A stretch of DNA of 61,925 nt, counting the filler, from Choristocarpus tenellus KU-1152 (taxonomy: Eukaryota > Protista > Phaeophyceae), in NCBI GenBank assembly GCA_964200185.2. It is 10 parts of 10 records of this genome, joined end to end, with 100 filler letters (N's around TTAATTAATTAA, not from the genome) between each part and the next. Parts side by side here need not be neighbours in the genome. Positions count along the whole stretch, not along the records: positions 28,734 to 39,134 come from CAXNAD020002949.1; positions 39,235 to 42,665 come from CAXNAD020020074.1; positions 42,766 to 47,279 come from CAXNAD020014210.1; positions 47,380 to 51,007 come from CAXNAD020018868.1; 6 more parts are not named here. One strand, given 5' to 3'. A program made the position numbers and the translations under genes. The notes beneath the pieces are model-generated. The model was not told where the DNA came from and ran no database searches. It was given only the letters and a program-made list of their open reading frames with translations. This document shows positions 36,803-50,571 of the stretch, one piece after another. Each line of letters opens with the position of its first letter. Within the stretch, counting starts at the first letter, position 1.

Positions 36803-39017
36803 TCAACCCCTATCCTCAGCATTCAAGTCTAACTCAAAGGTTGATGTTGTGTCCTTGCGAGCATTGCAGTATGTCTCCTCATCTCCGTAGACAACCCCCC
36901 CAGGGCGTCTTCTTCGACGTGCCTTCTTGATGATCTGAAAACCCACAGGCCAAACAAGCCAAGGTTTACAACAAACACAAAGGAGAGTTGGACTCAGCAG
37001 GGACACCGCATGGGAGACCCAGCGCTCACAGCAGCCTCCTAAACAATACAGCAGCTACAGCAGGCTACAGCAGAAGGCATTCCATCTATGGTACAAGAGC
37101 AGGTCAAACGGAGAGGAAATGCCTCTCATAAAACGCTCACAATCAACACATACAAAAAGGTTACAAATATTCTTGACAGCAACATATTCCTTTTGAGAAG
37201 AGAAACAGCAGGAAAAGCAATACAACCAAGGACAAGAAAGAGACACAGTGGATGAACTACTGCCTTTTTGTACTACTGTATTGCCCATTTTTTTTCTCTC
37301 AACAACAGAAGAAAACAAAACATAATGAAAGAAAAAGTAAAATAAAATAGTAGTGCAGTGCTGTACACCACCTCAGCAGACTGCAAGGAAACAGTTTCAC
37401 CCACGATTTCTGTGCCATATCTCAAATTTTTGAAGCTGGAAGCGACTACCAATCAACAACAGAAGGAGTCTCATACCGCACTGTATATAATATCATCTAC
37501 ACTCTTAGCGGACCTCCATGCAACAACCCATGTTTGTTACCTGTAAGGTCACCTCATATCGATATCAAACCTTACCAGGTTGTAAGGCTGGGTTCAAACG
37601 GAGATAGGGATAACCCCCACCATGGATAATGGTGATACCACGAGACAACGACCAAGACCAGATGCCTGTCTGAAAATAGGAATTACAGCTTCAGCTCTTT
37701 TTTCTTTTAAACATTTTTTGGAACCTGACGTCCACCGGAAACATTTACCAATTACAGGAAACTCGTATTGTTTCAAAATAAAAAAACATGCCAGAACCAA
37801 TCAGTAGCCCTTCGTTCTGTTCAGCAAAGAGTATAATAATAATAATAATAATAGTGACAGGGGGCAGAAGGGGTGGGTTTACAACTCAATCACAAGCCAG
37901 CAGGCAATCCTAAGTTTCGAATTTTCTGTTTGTTCTTCACTAATCGGATTCACTATATATAAATATTGGATAGTGGAGCTAAAAAGTTGTTTTGGCAGTT
38001 CCCTCAACAAAATAGATCCCTTTTTGACCCATTACATTGACTAATAAGAATGCTTCAGTGATTGCAATCACCTTTAACCCTTCTGATTGACTATATTATG
38101 TGTTCAGGTTCAAATTCTTGCCAACAATAGATGTGGGCCTGAGTACATGGGACAAGATACAATAAAAAATTGACCAATAGAAAGACCTTCGCGTCAAATC
38201 GAGCAAATGGGGTGGAGTCGTATCATTAATGCTATTAATACTACTATCTTATCACTTCTCTGAGCCAATAACAACACACAACCAGCACACCTCCTCTCAA
38301 ATCTGATGAGGAAAGCCATTACCATAAAAAAAAACTGCACTCCCCCCTCACAGGAATGATATCAATGAGTTAGGGTTAGGGTTAGAGTAGAATGCATCCT
38401 ATTGGTGCAAAACAGAAAACAAGCGATTTGGTTGGATTTGTTCCATTTTGGAATGTCTTACACCCTTCGATCATACCATTGGTATCACTAGAAGAGAGTA
38501 GGGGCACCATGATAGACATTAGAGAAATTTCCAGAATTTTCCAGAAAAAATTATCTGTCCATCTACCTCAGTGTGATTCAAGTATACAAATACTCCTACT
38601 GAAAATATTGCTCTCTATACTCTGTCCACCAAGTAGGGTCCTAACCCCAAAGATGTTTTTGAGGATAATTTTAAAGAGCGATTTAGAGAAGTTGTACAAC
38701 ACGGAGAATGCCATACTATTGGCTCTCAATGTGACAAAGGTTCATTCATTCATTCTATTGGCCAAACTAACGCATCACTGCACTTGATCTTGGGACATAT
38801 CCTGACACAATCAGTGTTAGGGTTAGGGTTAGGAGTTGGGATCAATGACACAGGACTCAGACAGAAGGCAAGGCAATACAATACCATAACTCCGTCTCCC
38901 CACCTGTTCCAGAATATTCAACTGCAAGTACACACTGGCAGAGTTTCTTCTCTTTGCATAGGCCAGTTTGCCGTCAACAAAGACCTCAAACATGTCTTGA
39001 TCTCTCATTGAACTAAC
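36803..39017 (-). CDS. 3' exons (39017-38904, 36934-36803) of a Rdx/SelW-like thioredoxin-fold protein
   Basis: Phase-0 spliced product VSSMRDQDMFEVFVDGKLAYAKRRNSASVYLQLNILEQ|IIKKARRRRRPGGVVYG…; FEVxVDGKLxYxK is typical of the Rdx family; 5' exons absent. Confidence 0.6.
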
Positions 39018-40516
39018 CTGCCCTTCATCAATCGTCAGTGAGAGTCACCAACATGGCAGGAGGGGGGGGGGGGGGGGGGGGGAGAGAACACACAAAGCAA
39101 AACATGCGAGGAAAAAGCCAACATCGAAAGAGAANNNNNNNNNNNNNNNNNNNNNNNNNNNNNNNNNNNNNNNNNNNNTTAATTAATTAANNNNNNNNNN
39201 NNNNNNNNNNNNNNNNNNNNNNNNNNNNNNNNNNTTTGTAGGGTTTGTCTAAGGGCGGGGGGGGATGTGTTGTATTTCAAAGGAAGTATGTGAGGTCAAA
39301 GGTTGTGTTAGCTCATTTAGGCACGGGTGTGCAGTAGCTGTATGTGATTGGACTGCGGTTGTATGATGCTCCAATCGACTAAGTGGGTGAGACAGATACA
39401 CCAAGTAAGGGACACCTATATGCTCAACCCTTGAGTAGTAGTGGTAATCAGAGAAGTTAATTTTTTAACTTTTCTTTTTTTGTTGCTCTTCTATTTTACA
39501 GACCAAGCTGCCCTTTCCGGGAAATGATTGAGTTCTTATTGGTGTGAATGTGAACTGCCTACGCTGTATTCCTATCACTATCTCTCTCTCTCTCTCTTGC
39601 TTTCAAGATTTGTCGCAGCTCCTCTGCTGTTGTTGACATTTTGGTTGTAGCTGTTGGCCATGCCAGAGCATCTTCATCGAGTAGTAACATCAAAGTGTTA
39701 GCTCAGAGTGGGGAGCGCATACCTTGTTATTAGATCAATATCCCAGTTTTGTTTGCCAAGAAGTGTCTATGAGAAGGGTTCTAAAACAAAACAAAACAAG
39801 AGTTGTAGGTAGCGGGTTTTCCTGCACCAATCTTTTCTGATTGCTTAAACAGGGAGTTTTGATCGGTGCTGATTGGTCAACTGCCATCGTGCCACAGGAA
39901 AATTCGTTGTTTCTCAGGGTTGAAAACAATACAACAATAAAAAGAATTACCTGCCTCCTCATCATTGGTCAAGAATGTTACATTTGTTTTTCCTGTCCTC
40001 CCTACTATTGAACAAGGCCGGCAGTTCTTTGGCTTTAATCTCATCTGAATATTGTCCACATCGACATAATGTATTTTGCGGCTCTTTGGTTGAAATAAGA
40101 GACCGATAAACAATCATTACCAAGCACTGTTTTCTACCACAGTGTGGACAACGTGAAGGGAATGCAAGCGTTCACTTTAGTCACCACTGGGGATCATCAC
40201 TATTGAGATCAATCCCCCAAAGTCTTTTGTCGTGTTAGAATTGTATTACAGAGTTAGGGCCAGTGTTAGGGCTGGGGGAGTCACCTTGGTAAGGTACATG
40301 TATTTGATAGGCTGTGGGCTCCTGAATGTCTTCCATTTAACCACCCAGATCCGTTCTCTTGAAGGGATTCAATTGCCACTCTATTATTAGGCTAGCAATT
40401 GTCATGCATTACATACAGTTGCGATGTACACCAGTACTCAAAAGGTCAATGCTGCATTTTTTTTTCTTTTTTTGGTCACCTACCACTTCGACTTTTTGTT
40501 AAATTTTTTTCCACAG

Positions 40517-41361
40517 GGCGTGCAGGCAGAGACGGCCTACCCAGCGTCAGTGTTGTCTACCACAGCCTGGAGTCTGCTAGACTGCTCGCCTTCTTGGCTG
40601 GGAAAACTCGTGCTTCACCAGTGGGCGGTAAGAACGTGAAGGGAAAGAAAAAGGATGAAGCCCAGAGGGAGAAAGAGAGGATAAAGAGAGCTACAGCTGC
40701 TTTGGAAGGAGTGGTGAGGGAGTTGTTTTTTGCCCTGGAGTTTACTTTTTGTGGTACAGGGAAGAGGTCAGGGTTTCATTGAGAGGGTAGCTTCCCTGGT
40801 TGGGGTAGCTCATGGAGGGTTTTACCAGGGATGAGAGTTTGTACATGTGTGTGTTGGATTAACAATGATTTTAGCTCTCGTGCCTCCTGTTTGTTTCCTT
40901 GTGTTGTGGTGGTTTGATTGGAGTGTTGAACGTTGCCACAAAGGATTGTGATGCCCTCAATTTTGGCTCCCTCTATGCACAAGCAGGTGTCTCCACATCG
41001 TGCCCTTGTTTAGTTGAATACTCTTACGTACAAGGACTCCCACATCTTTGGGTGACCATCTTCCCATTGGTAGACATCGCCCCCTTCCTTGCTCGTGAAT
41101 GTTTGTTGTTATCCCCATTTTTAAGGTGGCATACTGCGAGGGACGGTGCTGTCGCCGTCGAACCCTACTGAAACACTTTGGGGAGATCATCCAGACAATG
41201 AACACTTCAGGTGTCCTGCCTGCACACCCTGTAAAGGGAGGAAAGATCCAAGGGGGCGGTAAGGAGGAGACGGGGTTGGGCAATGCCTGCCATGGAACTT
41301 GTGACTGGTGTTCCAACAGAGCAGGAGTGGAGGCACTATTGGGACGTCTGGAGGTGGCAAG
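40517..41361 (+). CDS. RecQ-family helicase exons (40517-40713; 41126-~41361): motif VI and zinc-binding domain
   Basis: GRAGRDGLPS motif VI; VAYCE…CRRRTLLKHFGE…CHGTCDWC RQC zinc site; phase-0 GT-AG junction. Confidence 0.9.
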
Positions 41362-42765
41362 GTGTGCTGGGCAATGGAAGGAGTGTTTTGTTTTTCCTTT
41401 TTCCTATTGCTCTTTGCATTGTTGAAGTACTTCAAAGTATAATGTACGGGCAATGCACTGGAATGAGTCAATGCCCGATGGCACCCCCTGCCATTCAATT
41501 AAAAAAATGTATGCAAGTAAATGTTTCACCAGGGCTACAGTGCACGCTGTTTTCAGGTCGAAATCTTCAATCCCTGTTAGTGCATTGATTTGCTAGAGCT
41601 TCGACATGCATGTAAGGTCTTGACTGTCAAAGCAATCGTTCCACTAAAGACAAAATGTCAATGAGATACTTTGTGCACTGAAGAACCAATGGCTCAATTG
41701 GTGGTGTCTAAATATCATGATTTAACTTTGATTTTTTGCAGTGTGTGCTTTTTTGTAAATAGCACTATTTGTTACACCTCGGCAATGTTCCTTCTGTTGC
41801 TCGGAACAACTTCTTTATCTGAACATAGTAAAGCGCATGGGTTAATTACCTTGGAGTATATACACCATTCCAAGAGGGGAAACGGAAAACCTTGCAGATC
41901 TGATGGGATTCTCCCACATATATTGCTACAGTGAATTGTATTCCTTGTGCAATAACATTGCCTGCACATAGACTTACTTCTTTGTTGGGTAGGAAAACAG
42001 TAATCAATAGATACGTGCTGATTAGTCTTATTAAATGCCTTTGCCGTTTGGGTAGGGTAGATCACCGTATGCTACCGGCTAGAATTGCATGTTTTAGCAA
42101 ACACAATGTGGTAGAGATTTGCTAGCACCTGCATAGCTGTTTCACTGGACACGGTAAGAATCCGTTTCAGTTGTTTTGGTGATACTTGTAGAATGAATGG
42201 TACATTATGCTTCAGTTCACATTTTTTGATCGGCGCAGTATGATGGCACTGAAAGGTGGTAACTTTTTCGAAGGCTTTTTGTGCTTTTTAATTCTCACCC
42301 CATATTAGATCGCATACTCTATTCACGTCATTGTAGAGGACGCAACTCCACATGTTACCTTTTTAGTTTTTGTTCTTTTTAAACCCACCCATTTTAAGGT
42401 TATTTGGTGTTTGTGTAAGGATGGAATCTCTATGTATACGTTGTCATGATCTTAGCTAGCTGCCTCAAAGTCTTGGCAATGAGTATAACCCGTTGAGAGA
42501 CATTTAAGAGAGGGATAAAACGTCCCATGACATTGGGGCATGTGTAGCCATTTGCGTATGCGTGGAGTAATATTGTGGCAGCATGGGTGAAAGAGAGCAA
42601 GGTATGTATTGAGAGAGCACAGTGGGGGCTGCTTTTGAGGTGGGGATGCCCAAGGCTATGGGAGANNNNNNNNNNNNNNNNNNNNNNNNNNNNNNNNNNN
42701 NNNNNNNNNTTAATTAATTAANNNNNNNNNNNNNNNNNNNNNNNNNNNNNNNNNNNNNNNNNNNN

Positions 42766-42817
42766 CCAAATGGACACCCTGTTGTAGACCCCCCCGCCCC
42801 CCTAGATACTTTGAGCC
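42766..42817 (+). mobile_element. MITE family B end, truncated by gap
   Basis: CCAAATGGACACCCTGTTGTAGACCCC…AGATACTTTGAGCC matches the end of 49288-49467. Confidence 0.7.
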
Positions 42818-44135
42818 TCAACTCTGTACAGGAATGGGCATCCCTTTGTTGCGAGGGCGGTAGCCCATTCATAGTGGACAGGAATTTTCACATGGATGTG
42901 GTCTTCCGTGCTGGGGCACTTGTGGACGTTGGATCATTTCCTCAGAAGTGCGTACACAGTTTCACAAAACAAGTGGCTCTATCAAGATATGTCATGCGTT
43001 GTAAGTTGGAAACACAACGGAGGTGGTATTCAAATAGAAAATAGATTTTGGAGAGATACCTTTGATAGTAGTAGAGAACTGTTTCTTTTGGAAGTCGTTA
43101 TGATATTGAATTTGACTTTTTTGGGGATTATTGGGAGAAGGCATAATAATATAAAAATATATGAAAACTACTACCTTTATAAAAAATATATATGTATAGA
43201 TACAAGTGGTGTTTGCGGCGAATTCGCTGTGGTTTGAGAATCCAGAATAATAAGAACTGGACTGGCTTTGTAGATGGTGCATAGTACAAATAAACAGTGA
43301 TACATACATGTCGTGTATCCATCCTATGAAATGAACATAATCTCACTTTTAGATGAATGACATCTAATTAATCAGTTCACCATTCTCCTTTTTTGTAAAG
43401 TTGTTGGTTTTGTCTTTACCAGAAACTATGTTACTCGATATTGAACGATAATAGAACGCCACAAGTATATTGCTAACGGTTCAATAGTACCTTGATGTCA
43501 CATCAATCCGTTCCGTGAACCAGCCAATCCATTGTTGAGAGTACTGTTGTAAGGAATAGACAAACCTCTGAACTTGTGCCAACCTCTCCTTAAACGACTG
43601 TGTTTGTGCATATCAGGTTATCCGTTAGGTGGTGTGTGGACACTCCATCTGTAGAGGGGCACATGTTCTAGACTTGTGGTTTGTGTTATATTTTCTTGTA
43701 GTTGTTCCATTACCCCCAACCAATCCTTTTTTTTGCTCTACTCCCCAAGATTCCACGCCCTGAAACTTTTTGGTTTGAAACATCAAGCCACCTCTTACAG
43801 TGGTTTGCTTCAGCGAAGCAGTTCCCCGATGTTTTGATTTGCGGGGGAAGTTGCTTTGGTGGTAGAGGGGTGATCTTTCTCTAATCGAGTTTGATTGGGG
43901 TGGGGAGATGTGTGTGTGGAAGCCAACTTCCTGTTAACCTACGTAGCAACCTGCAAAAACCTTGATCGTGGAGGCATTCACTGAGAGGCTCGCAAAGCTG
44001 GGTATTCACACAGCTTGTGCAGGCAAAGAGATCCTTACGTGGACTGCTGGACTAGGAGAGGGCAAGCGAGGCCTTCACGTGTAGATTGACCTGTTCACAC
44101 TTGCAATTGCTTCGCCTTCAAGGTCGACCTGAGCA

Positions 44136-44716
44136 ATGGGGTGTAGCGCGTCACTGCCGGATTTGCCGTCAGCCTCCTCCCCACAGGAGGCACTATCACA
44201 TACAGTCGAAGATCAAACGCCAACTAGGAGTACAAAGACGAACCCCCCGACTCACACTACCACTGCTTCGTCGTTCTATGGTTTTAAAGGAGGTGGGAGG
44301 AGTGGAGGGAGTGCCGAGAGCGGGGGCTCAGATGGTGCCTTGGCTGGGGGCGCAGTCGACAGATTCCTGGGATTGGAGAAGACGGCGTCGGATAACACCT
44401 TGGGAAGTTGCTCTGACACGGAGGTGGTGCAATCAGGATTTGGATTGTCTACCTTGCATGATTTGGGGCTCGCTTCCACGGACAGAGGATTGGTGCTGGA
44501 TAGGTCTGGATTATCTGTATTGCATGAGTCGGAATGGTCGGCATCTCGCCGTACGCAGCTGGAGGAAGAGGTCTTCTCTGTAGGACTGCCCAAAGCGAAC
44601 CGAGGGACTTCAACATCAGGGAGCATGAAAACTCAGTGCCTTGACGGGAAGTCGGCAGAATCCGACACCAAGGCAGAGAGGTTGTCTACCTGTCTGGGGG
44701 GAGCAAAGGGAATGGG
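44136..44716 (+). CDS. First exon of an unknown protein with predicted N-myristoylation/palmitoylation (MGCSAS)
   Basis: 194-aa Ser/Gly-rich ORF starting MGCSASLP; donor GG|GTGAGT at 44717; CpG-rich. Confidence 0.6.
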
Positions 44717-46587
44717 GTGAGTGTACTTGCAATGTGGCATACCGGATCTGTTGTTGCATTTGAAATGAGAAATTCCAGCTATGCCGCATGGGGAAGTGCG
44801 ATGATACCCACGCTCTGCACAACCATAAATAGATTTCATCTTAACTCTCCAACATTGGTGTGAATTTGCGCTCGTGGAGATATTTTTCGTACGTGTAGCA
44901 CATCATCAGTGCTTAACAGGATTGTAGTACATTTGTTTCCGCATAGGTCATTTTCTGTATTTAGTTGCCATGCATGTTTCTCAGGAAGGCTGAAGCGTGG
45001 TGAACACCCCACACAACCATCCCACAATGACAAGTCAAGTGGAGGGTAGATAACTTTAACTTCACGCAACAAAGAGTCTTTTCCTGATGTAGGGTGTTGC
45101 ACCTAGAAGTGGATGTATACCTATTTTTTCTTTTTGAGAGAGGGACCTGAATTGAAACTTGTTTCTCTCCCTTTCATATTCACTACTTCCACCTGTCCCT
45201 TCAGCTTCATCACCCTACTGTCATCATTGCTTCTTCTGGGGTATAATGCTTTTTTAGAGTGTTGGCGCAACATGTATAGTTTTTGTGGTCCACACGGTCT
45301 CTTTCAAACACCAGTCAGGGCACATTTTTAGTGAGTAGGCTTAACAATCTGTCTCAGATGCTAATTTACTAGGCACTCTAACACACTATCTTTTTGGTGA
45401 GTGTGACAGATTGTAACATTAGCTTACATATCTCAAAAAGTAGCTTCTTAGAGCAACTGCGATGATGTGTACACTCACTAGAAAAATATGTTGCTGAAGT
45501 AATAGATTGATCATGCGAATTGTAGATGTTGGTCTCAATACATCATAGCAAGTCGCGTTTGTCTATCAGATCGTATCAAATACGTATGGAAAGCGTGTCT
45601 GTTTTGACCCATGCTAGGGTTGTGCTTGACAGATTGCTGGCATGCAATTGTCAACAACAGGGCCTACGATTGTGAACCCCCTCACTCTAAATCATCGTAT
45701 GTAGGGATATCCTTTTGGCAAGTGCACACATCATCACAGTCGGTATTAATGGTGTAGTTTATAGCAAGTGTCCACATTTTCACTCTTGTTCTGGATGGTG
45801 TCAATTCCTCTCATGCGTACACCTGCTTTGTTGGAGCTGGAAGTGAAAGTATTATCTTCTCTAGTTCATTATCATCTCATTCCTCTGTGAGTGTGCCTCC
45901 ATCCGAGTGTTGATAGCTTGTGACATTCTAATCCAACAGGCTAGAATCAGCTCCTCTGTTATTGCACAACTTTTTTCCGTTTCTAAATTAAATATGGGTT
46001 GCGTATGTTTTTTTTAGATTTGCCTGTATTGACGTAAGATCCGTTTTGGAGCTCTCAATGCATTTTAAAAAATAAAAAACATTTTTTATTTTTTCCTATC
46101 GTTATTGTGTATTCGAGGAGCACTTGTCGACATGTGCCCCTACTTGCTCGTTCCCCCGTTTTCTACCTTGCCTCAACTAACTAGCTCTTATCTCGATAGT
46201 TCAACAAAGCCTAACCTGATTGATTGTCTCACTGCTCCGTACCACATAGTGTAATGTGTGTCGATGAGTAGCTTACACTGTGTGTACGTGTATTTTTCTG
46301 TTACGTATTTCATAACTGATGTTTTTATTTGGGCAGGCTGCCAACTAGTTAGGAGATTTCGTGCTCTAGCTGACTAAGAAATCGGCAGTTAGTGGAGTGG
46401 TACGGCAATGTCCATTTACTGTGAGCAGTGTGAGCAGTGTGAGCAATTCCACACGTTCAATTAACACATTTTTTTTTTCTCAACACACCCCGTACCGCCT
46501 ACCAAAGCGAAGCTCTGTTTATAGTGCTGTTCAACACACACCTCTCGAGAGCTCTATTGACTCTTGATCAGAGGAAAAACGTACACG

Positions 46588-46884
46588 TATATATATATAT
46601 ATATATATATATGTATTTATATTTATATATGTATTTATATTTATATTTGTATTTGTATTTGTATTTATATTTATATTTATATTTATATTTATATTTATAT
46701 TTATATTTATATTTATATTTATATTTATATTTATATTTATACTTATACTTATACTTATATTTATATTTATATTTATATTTATATTTATATTTATACTTAT
46801 ACTTATACTTATACTTATACTTATACTTATACTTATACTTATACTTATACTTATACTTATACTTATATTTATATTTATATTTAT
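46588..46884. repeat. Compound microsatellite (TA)n-(TATATT)n/(TATACT)n
   Basis: Direct reading; it produces the YL-, IN/IS- and IY-repeat pseudo-ORFs. Confidence 0.97.
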
Positions 46885-49287
46885 GGCATCATGTAATAGC
46901 AAAATGAGTAGATAATTATTATTTTTTAGTCTTTGCATCACAAGCTTGAAACTCTACGGCATGGAAAAAATGTGAGCAGGTCAGAACGAGCACCGCACAG
47001 CAGGCCACTATCTCCCGTGGGTAATCAGTTGGAGCTCTCTGCTGGATCCGGATTTGGCGACTCGCTTTGGTGAGTCTGGAGATGGGATTGTGCCAGAAGG
47101 GGACACTAACTTTTTCTGAGATGCGAGAGCATGTCTTTAGTTTGGTTTCTGTTGTGACTGTGAAGATTTTTTTTTTGCCGGGGGGGGGGAAGTCTTTCTA
47201 ACTCTTTCGTGTGCTGTGTTATGTGTACATGAAAGGGCTTGAAAATCCATGAGGGGGAGGGCGACGGGGAGGGCAACGGNNNNNNNNNNNNNNNNNNNNN
47301 NNNNNNNNNNNNNNNNNNNNNNNTTAATTAATTAANNNNNNNNNNNNNNNNNNNNNNNNNNNNNNNNNNNNNNNNNNNNCAGTCAACACTGACTGTTGAT
47401 TGGTCTGTTGCGTTCTGGACGTTACTTTCAATAGTTCATCATCACCACATCAATTACAATAAGAAAACCTTAGTACAGAACAGTAGCTCTATGTTCCACA
47501 CGAATAGTATAGTATAGTATACGTCGCTTGAGTTGCATCACATATTGGTTCAATTTTGTTCTGTTGTTCTGTTGTTTGTGTTTCTTTCGCTCTTCTTATC
47601 AGGAGAAGATGACATTTGTACATTGATTGTTGATCATTATTTCTTTTGTGACTGCCATTCATCCCTCACAATCCACCAAACTCACTCTACAATGAGTGTA
47701 CCAGCTACACATCTGGATGTAATATAATCAGAGTTAAACCATCCGCGGAAAACCTTGCCAGCCAAGGTAACACGCCTCTCCACAGAGCATGGACTTCTTT
47801 CGTTCGTTGAGTATCTCATGAAAGAACACTGAACGCACACCACATCATTCTGGATTGAGCAACCAAGAAAACTGAATTCACATTGCATCATTCTTGACTG
47901 AGAGATCAATGACCTCAGTTGCAGCAGAATAAGCACATCGATCGGTGCTTTGCAACACCATGATTCCTCATCGCTCGTAGTATACGCATTTTGCTTATTA
48001 TATGTACGATGCATTCGATTCAGGTTTCAACAGTTAGTTGTATATCTTTTGTGATGTTCCTATGAACAAATTCAAGATTGCCACAGAGGGCGAAGCTACT
48101 GGTACCACCTTAGGAGTAATCTTCATTAACAATAAGTAGTGCCATCTACAAAATGTGAAATGAGGTAAATATGTGAGTAGTGGCATTTTTTAGATACTAC
48201 TTTTTTCGCAATTTGGTTGACAAGTGATAATCAAATGAGGACCCAAAACCCAATATTACACCTACCCCTCCTAATACTATATCATATTGCATTGATCGTA
48301 ACAACATAACAACATACCATACCATTTCCAGTTCGAAGTATCTCGTAGTAGTAGTTGGAAGATGCTCCAAAGAAGGGAAAAACGATTGAGAGGTATTTAT
48401 TAAAGAGAAGGAACATATATGGACAGAAATGCAATATGTAGGAGTGGGTAGTAGTATTTTCGAGGTGATTGTTTTTTGTAATTCTCTCGACAACTGATTA
48501 TCAACGTAAGATCAAAATGCAAAAATTACAGCTACCTCCTAATAAGATATTAGATTGATTGTAACACATCATTTTTTCATATTATCGCGAAGTATGTTAC
48601 AGTAGTAGTAGTAATGGTAGAAAGAGAAATATCCTCTTTTTCCCTTTTCTTGGGATTCTTCAAATCCGTCGTTGCCTACCTCTCAATTACTTTGGCTCAA
48701 CAGTGCTTTAAATGTATACATATCTAACAATTATACAGCAACAAACGAAAAAGAAAGATTATGTAGAAAACTAGATGACCAAAGAGGGGGCATGAAAACA
48801 CCCCCAGGTACTATTCACTGCAAGCACTCCATGACTGGCACAGAATGTCATCAATGTCCTAAGTACAACCACTAGGTCCGTTGGGAAACAAGACTCAATG
48901 CTACATCCTGTTCATTCATCCAAATCCCATTTATCACACAAGATAACTATTTTGAAGAATGAACTAGGAAGTTGTTGAAGAGCAACCATCGACGGTGCAT
49001 GTATACATGTTACATTTATTTGTATTGTTTGTTTTATACTGCAATGTTTGGATGTCGACTCATCTCCCCAAAAGCTTGATTGTTGGTAGAAACAGTATTC
49101 TGAATGGTCCTGCTAACACCATCCACATACATGACGTACTTTGAAGTATGAACTATATATATATATATATATTTGGGGCTGACCAACATCATTTTCCAGA
49201 CTCAGATGTTCTCATGTGGGGCAAATAAGCAACATCCATGAGAACTCCCTCAAAATCAACGATGATCATTGCCTGTATATCAGAGGT

Positions 49288-49467
49288 GAGCCAAAGTATC
49301 TGGGAGGGGTTGGTGGCTGTCCATTTGGGGTCAATTTTTTCATGTAGCACTTTTGGGTGATTTGGTTGCATACATCGGATGGATAATTAAGTGCACTTTT
49401 CCTGGTTATGGCTCAGATGGACACCCTGGTGTAGACCCCCCTCCCCCCCCCCCAGATACTTTGGGTC
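49288..49467 (-). mobile_element. MITE family B, complete copy (180 bp)
   Basis: GAGCCAAAGTATCTGGG … CCCAGATACTTTGGGTC; flanks AGGT/AGGC; reverse orientation relative to 51120. Confidence 0.8.
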
Positions 49468-50397
49468 AGGCCTTCTTGTAGGACATACAGTAGTGACACA
49501 TACAGCATCTCCACTATACCTAACTACCACTCCTTATTGTGATGAAAGAGGAGAGTATCGGAAAGGATGATAGACAACACCGAGAGCAATTCGCCCAAGC
49601 AAATATGATAGATGGAAAATTAATGATGATGACGCATGATGGATAGATTCCTTGTTAATTAAGGTCCCACCAGTCCCCGACTAGCAGTGCAATATCACAT
49701 TACCCTCTCACTTTTTTGTAACTTATTCCTGCTGGTCTCGTGTTATTATTTTTTCTCTTTTCCCTGGTGTAAAAAAATAAATTCAAGGTGATATTGGTCA
49801 CCCTACCCTCACTCATTATGTCCTTTGTGCCTTGTAGTAGGGTCATGATAGCATTTCCACACTCTGCCCTGGCAGATAAATGTGATTCTATGGAAGTAAG
49901 AAGACACACTTTAGCTCTAGTACATGCACAAAATAGCAAACTGTACCAGAACAAATGCAATATATATATGTATATATATACAGCTAGACATATCCAGATG
50001 AAAAATAGCTCACGGTCAAACTATGAGCACATACGCATGCTAACCCTATAGCCCTTACGCAGACTATACAACAGGGGAAAGTGAAGCCAAAGAAAGGGCA
50101 CAAGCACAAGCTCAACCACTTGACTCCAGAGTGCTATGCAATACATGCTCACGTACATCTACAACTATCCAGCCGTACGAGGGGAGTATTAGAACAACCG
50201 ATCGAGCACATAAGAGCAACCAAATCATGACAAGAGAACTCCGTAAATTTCATTTCAACAAGAAGTTTCTATATTGAGCCAGCTGTGCACGTCCCAAATG
50301 ATAACAAAACAGGGCCGTGTGAATCCCGTATCAGAGGACACCGACAAATAAAGGTACTGACAGTGCAAAAGAAAAATAGAAATTTCTTGCCAGGCAC

Positions 50398-50571
50398 CCG
50401 CTGCCCTGCAGCTGAAGCAGGTTGTCACATCCTGGAAAAAAAAGGCGTTTGAACACGATGTTCACTACCGATCACTCATCACTCATCACCAGAACAATTA
50501 CCCACCTCAGTCAGAAGAGCTAACAACACTGCACCCCCACAGCAAATGGAAGCAGCAGGATGTAACTTCTC
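50398..50571 (-). CDS. Possible small exons of an unidentified gene around a 74-bp intron (50505-50432)
   Basis: Donor GAG|GTGGGT and acceptor TTTTTTTTTCCAG join in frame (…AVLLALLTE|DVTTCFSC…); no homology recognised. Confidence 0.25.

Noticed and set aside
36797-36805. TGA at the end of the Rdx-like gene as selenocysteine
   Set aside because: Not in a redox-motif context, followed by a second TGA, and no SECIS recognised
46524-46941. ORFs of YL, IN/IS and IY repeats
   Set aside because: Translations of a stop-free microsatellite
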